NCBI GenBank assembly: GCA_036845225.1
Contig: DAIUEJ010000007.1
Coordinates: 6,578-70,577, forward strand
Length of the DNA stretch: 64,000 nt
Reading direction: 5' to 3'
Origin: Candidatus Anoxymicrobiaceae bacterium
GTDB taxonomy: Bacteria > Actinomycetota > Geothermincolia > Fen-727 > Anoxymicrobiaceae
The notes beneath the pieces are model-generated. The model worked only from the letters and a program-made list of their open reading frames with translations. It ran no database searches and had not been told where the DNA came from. The translations under genes were made by a program, and so were the position numbers. Numbering within the stretch: the first letter of the stretch is position 1; each line of letters begins with the position of its first letter. Shown in pieces: positions 63,705-64,000 of the stretch.

Positions 63705-63742
63705 AAAAACGCAAAAAGGGGTCAGACCCCTTTTTGCATTTT
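63705..63742. repeat. GGGGTCAGACCCC element
   Basis: AAAAACGCAAAAA-GGGGTCAGACCCC(63718)-TTTTTGCATTTT. Confidence 0.92.
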
Positions 63743-63752
63743 GGACCAAGGC

Positions 63753-64000
63753 TTACGTCTCGCAGTCCTCGGCCGCGACCCTGCCGCGCACTTCGTCCGG
63801 GATCAGGACGTTGAGCGGCTTGCAGAGGATCTCGTTGACGCGCAGGTTCTCGAGGTGCTGGGATGATGCCGCCTGGACTACGAGGGCGGTGTCCGAGCCA
63901 CGGCCGGTGCCCGCGAGGGCGATCACCCGCTCGCCCCGGCCGAGAAGCCCCGCGTCGCTTGCCATCAGCACGATCTCGAAGCACACCTTCACTCCCTGCG
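63753..64000 (-). CDS. Pyruvate-kinase C-terminal-like (alpha/beta) standalone protein, partial
   Basis: KVCFEIVLMASDAGL...VIALAGTGRGSDTALVV...EILCKP; the 5' end lies outside the window. Confidence 0.75.
   Translation of the reverse strand, partial: QGVKVCFEIVLMASDAGLLGRGERVIALAGTGRGSDTALVVQAASSQHLENLRVNEILCKPLNVLIPDEVRGRVAAEDCET

Noticed and set aside
1-64000. tRNA, rRNA, integrase or transposase genes
   Set aside because: None recognised by eye; tRNAscan-SE and HMM searches would be needed to exclude them.

Overview
High-GC bacterial chromosomal window, gene-dense, with no rRNA, tRNA or CRISPR array recognised. The gene content points to an anaerobic, lipid- and C1-metabolising organism: a selenocysteine formate dehydrogenase, MetV/MetF, a tungsten-family AOR, SCP2 proteins, acyl-CoA enzymes and V4R-like proteins. 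The 'YFAEG...ERPMYF' surface repeats suggest an anaerobic actinobacterial lineage such as Ca. Geothermincolia (inference from memory). The most striking gene (49202-51709, minus) encodes a circularly permuted enolase, with the TIM barrel before the capping domain and the catalytic residues retained, fused behind a membrane domain with site-2-protease (M50)-like motifs carrying HQxxH instead of HExxH. Other notable modules are an fdh(Sec)-degenerate nuoEF-metV-kinase-metF-RR-RR operon, an SCP2-ADH-SCP2-AOR-MoaD operon near a fatty acyl-CoA ligase, a PaaK-like ligase paired with a FeeM/LuxI-like acyltransferase, a GK5-like glycerol kinase, an Rdh-like cobalamin/Fe-S protein and a giant repeat-laden multicopper oxidase. 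About 24 copies of a GGGGTCAGACCCC-type palindromic element with interchangeable arms are scattered through the window. They sit at stop codons, form inverted doublets and a MITE-like unit, and border several gene fragments and a group II intron remnant. All protein assignments come from motifs read by eye; no database searches were run.
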